Shown here in pieces: positions 41,573 to 42,550 of a stretch of DNA of 42,550 nucleotides. Within the stretch, counting starts at the first letter, position 1, and the number at the start of each line of letters is the position of its first letter. The DNA is from Holophagaceae bacterium (lineage in GTDB: Bacteria > Acidobacteriota > Holophagae > Holophagales > Holophagaceae), in the NCBI GenBank assembly GCA_025361955.1, contig JANYIU010000316.1, positions 1 through 42,550 on the forward strand, given 5' to 3'. The notes under the pieces are model-generated. The model searched no databases. It was not told the origin of the DNA and saw nothing but the letters and a program-made list of their open reading frames with translations. A program made the translations under genes and the position numbers.

Positions 41573-42550
41573 ATGGCCCTACGCAATGCCCATAGCTCGG
41601 ATCAAGCCCCTTCAGCCGAGGAGGATCCCTACCTTTGGCTGGAAGACATAACGGGTGAGCAAGCCCTGAACTGGGTGCGAGCGGCCAATGCCCAGACCGC
41701 CCAGAAGCTGGAAGGTGGCACGGATTATCAGCCCCTGGAGGAAGACCTCCTGAAGATTCTGGATTCCAAGGCCAAGATTCCCTACCTCGTAAAAAGGGGG
41801 GCTTACTTCTACAATTTCTGGCGCGACGCGGTGAACCCCAGGGGAATCTGGCGGCGCACCACTCTGGAGGAGTATCGCCAGCCTCAGCCCGCGTGGGAGT
41901 TGGTCTTGGACATTGACGCCCTGGGCGAGACCGAGCAACAGGGCTGGGTCTTCCACGGCGCGCAATTCTTGCGGCCTGGATTCCGGCGCTGCTTGCTCTC
42001 CCTCTCCCCGGGGGGTTCGGACGCGGGGGTGGTCCGGGAGTTTGACGTGGAGACCAAGACCTTCGTGCCCGGGGGCTTCGAGCTGCCCTTGGCCAAGAGC
42101 GAAGTGAGCTGGGTGGACCAGGACACGCTCTTCGTGGGCACGGATTTCGGCCCGGGTTCCATGACTACCTCAGGGTATGCCCGAATCGCTAAGCTCTGGC
42201 AGCGCGGCACGCCCTTGGGCCTAGCCACCGTGGTCTTTGAAGGGAAGAACACAGACATGGCGGTCGGGGCTTCCCACGACCCCACGCCGGGGTTCGAACG
42301 AGACTTCCTATTCCGTAAGCCCTCGTTCTTCACGGGCGAGACCTTCCTCCTGGCCAAGGACGGTTCCCACTGCAAGCTTGATGTCCCCGACGATGCCGAG
42401 CCCGAGGTTCACCGGGAATGGCTGACCCTCAAGCTGCGTTCCCCCTGGAGCGTGGGCGGGACGACCTATTCCGCCGGTGCCCTGCTGGTGGCGCTGTTCG
42501 AGGACTTCATGGCAGGGAAGCGGGAGTTCACGGTCCTGTTCGAGCCTTCG
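41573..42550 (+). CDS. prolyl oligopeptidase (S9A) family protein, N-terminal part; 3' end outside the window
   Basis: The frame is open from ATG 41573 to the window end (326 codons) and is not in the ORF track because no stop is reached. EDPYLWLEDITGEQALNWVRAANAQT and YFYNFWRD..NPRGIWRR are typical of the N-terminal/propeller part of prolyl endopeptidase-like proteins. GGAG lies 8 nt upstream. Confidence 0.75.
   Translation, partial: MALRNAHSSDQAPSAEEDPYLWLEDITGEQALNWVRAANAQTAQKLEGGTDYQPLEEDLLKILDSKAKIPYLVKRGAYFYNFWRDAVNPRGIWRRTTLEEYRQPQPAWELVLDIDALGETEQQGWVFHGAQFLRPGFRRCLLSLSPGGSDAGVVREFDVETKTFVPGGFELPLAKSEVSWVDQDTLFVGTDFGPGSMTTSGYARIAKLWQRGTPLGLATVVFEGKNTDMAVGASHDPTPGFERDFLFRKPSFFTGETFLLAKDGSHCKLDVPDDAEPEVHREWLTLKLRSPWSVGGTTYSAGALLVALFEDFMAGKREFTVLFEPS

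Noticed and set aside
1-42550. A search for CRISPR arrays, integrases/transposases, toxin-antitoxin pairs, prophage genes and rRNA/tRNA genes.
   Set aside because: None was seen. There is no regularly spaced repeat array, no recombinase motif, and no small paired ORFs of toxin-antitoxin type. The window looks like core chromosome rather than an accessory island.

Overview
GC-rich bacterial chromosomal segment (G+C judged by eye, not computed), densely packed with about 37 protein-coding genes, mostly core metabolism and housekeeping. I found no rRNA, tRNA, CRISPR array, transposase, integrase or phage gene. In order, the window holds: the 3' end of a PLP-dependent decarboxylase, an NSS-family transporter and an atypical phosphofructokinase. 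Next is a five-gene minus-strand leucine/acyclic-terpene-type (liu/atu-like) acyl-CoA carboxylase operon with an embedded AtuA-family gene of unknown function. Then come pntAA-pntAB-pntB, an orphan LpdD-like gene, and an ArsR-like/GNAT/MFS operon with 4-nt overlaps. These are followed by htpG, a REC-histidine kinase behind a truncated RIC di-iron protein, and a DOMON-like/NamZ pair. After that come DinB, apt, rmuC, an SRPBCC/DJ-1/Old-Yellow-Enzyme group and a rapA/S1-domain/DUF45-metallopeptidase operon. The window ends with a DUF748 protein, an orphan radical-SAM protein with a CX4CX2C cluster motif, menA, an aldo-keto reductase, threonine aldolase, a YgiD-type dioxygenase, an esterase and the 5' part of a prolyl-oligopeptidase-family gene. 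Nothing here is demonstrably a new system. The best candidates for uncharacterised biology are the translationally coupled rapA-S1-DUF45 module, the AtuA gene inside the carboxylase operon, and the CX4CX2C radical-SAM orphan. Several non-coding oddities are also worth checking: a hairpin over the pfk ribosome-binding site, a 23-bp tandem duplication over the pntA ribosome-binding site, and low-GC palindromic spacers. All family assignments come from motif recognition by eye. No searches or structure calculations were run.
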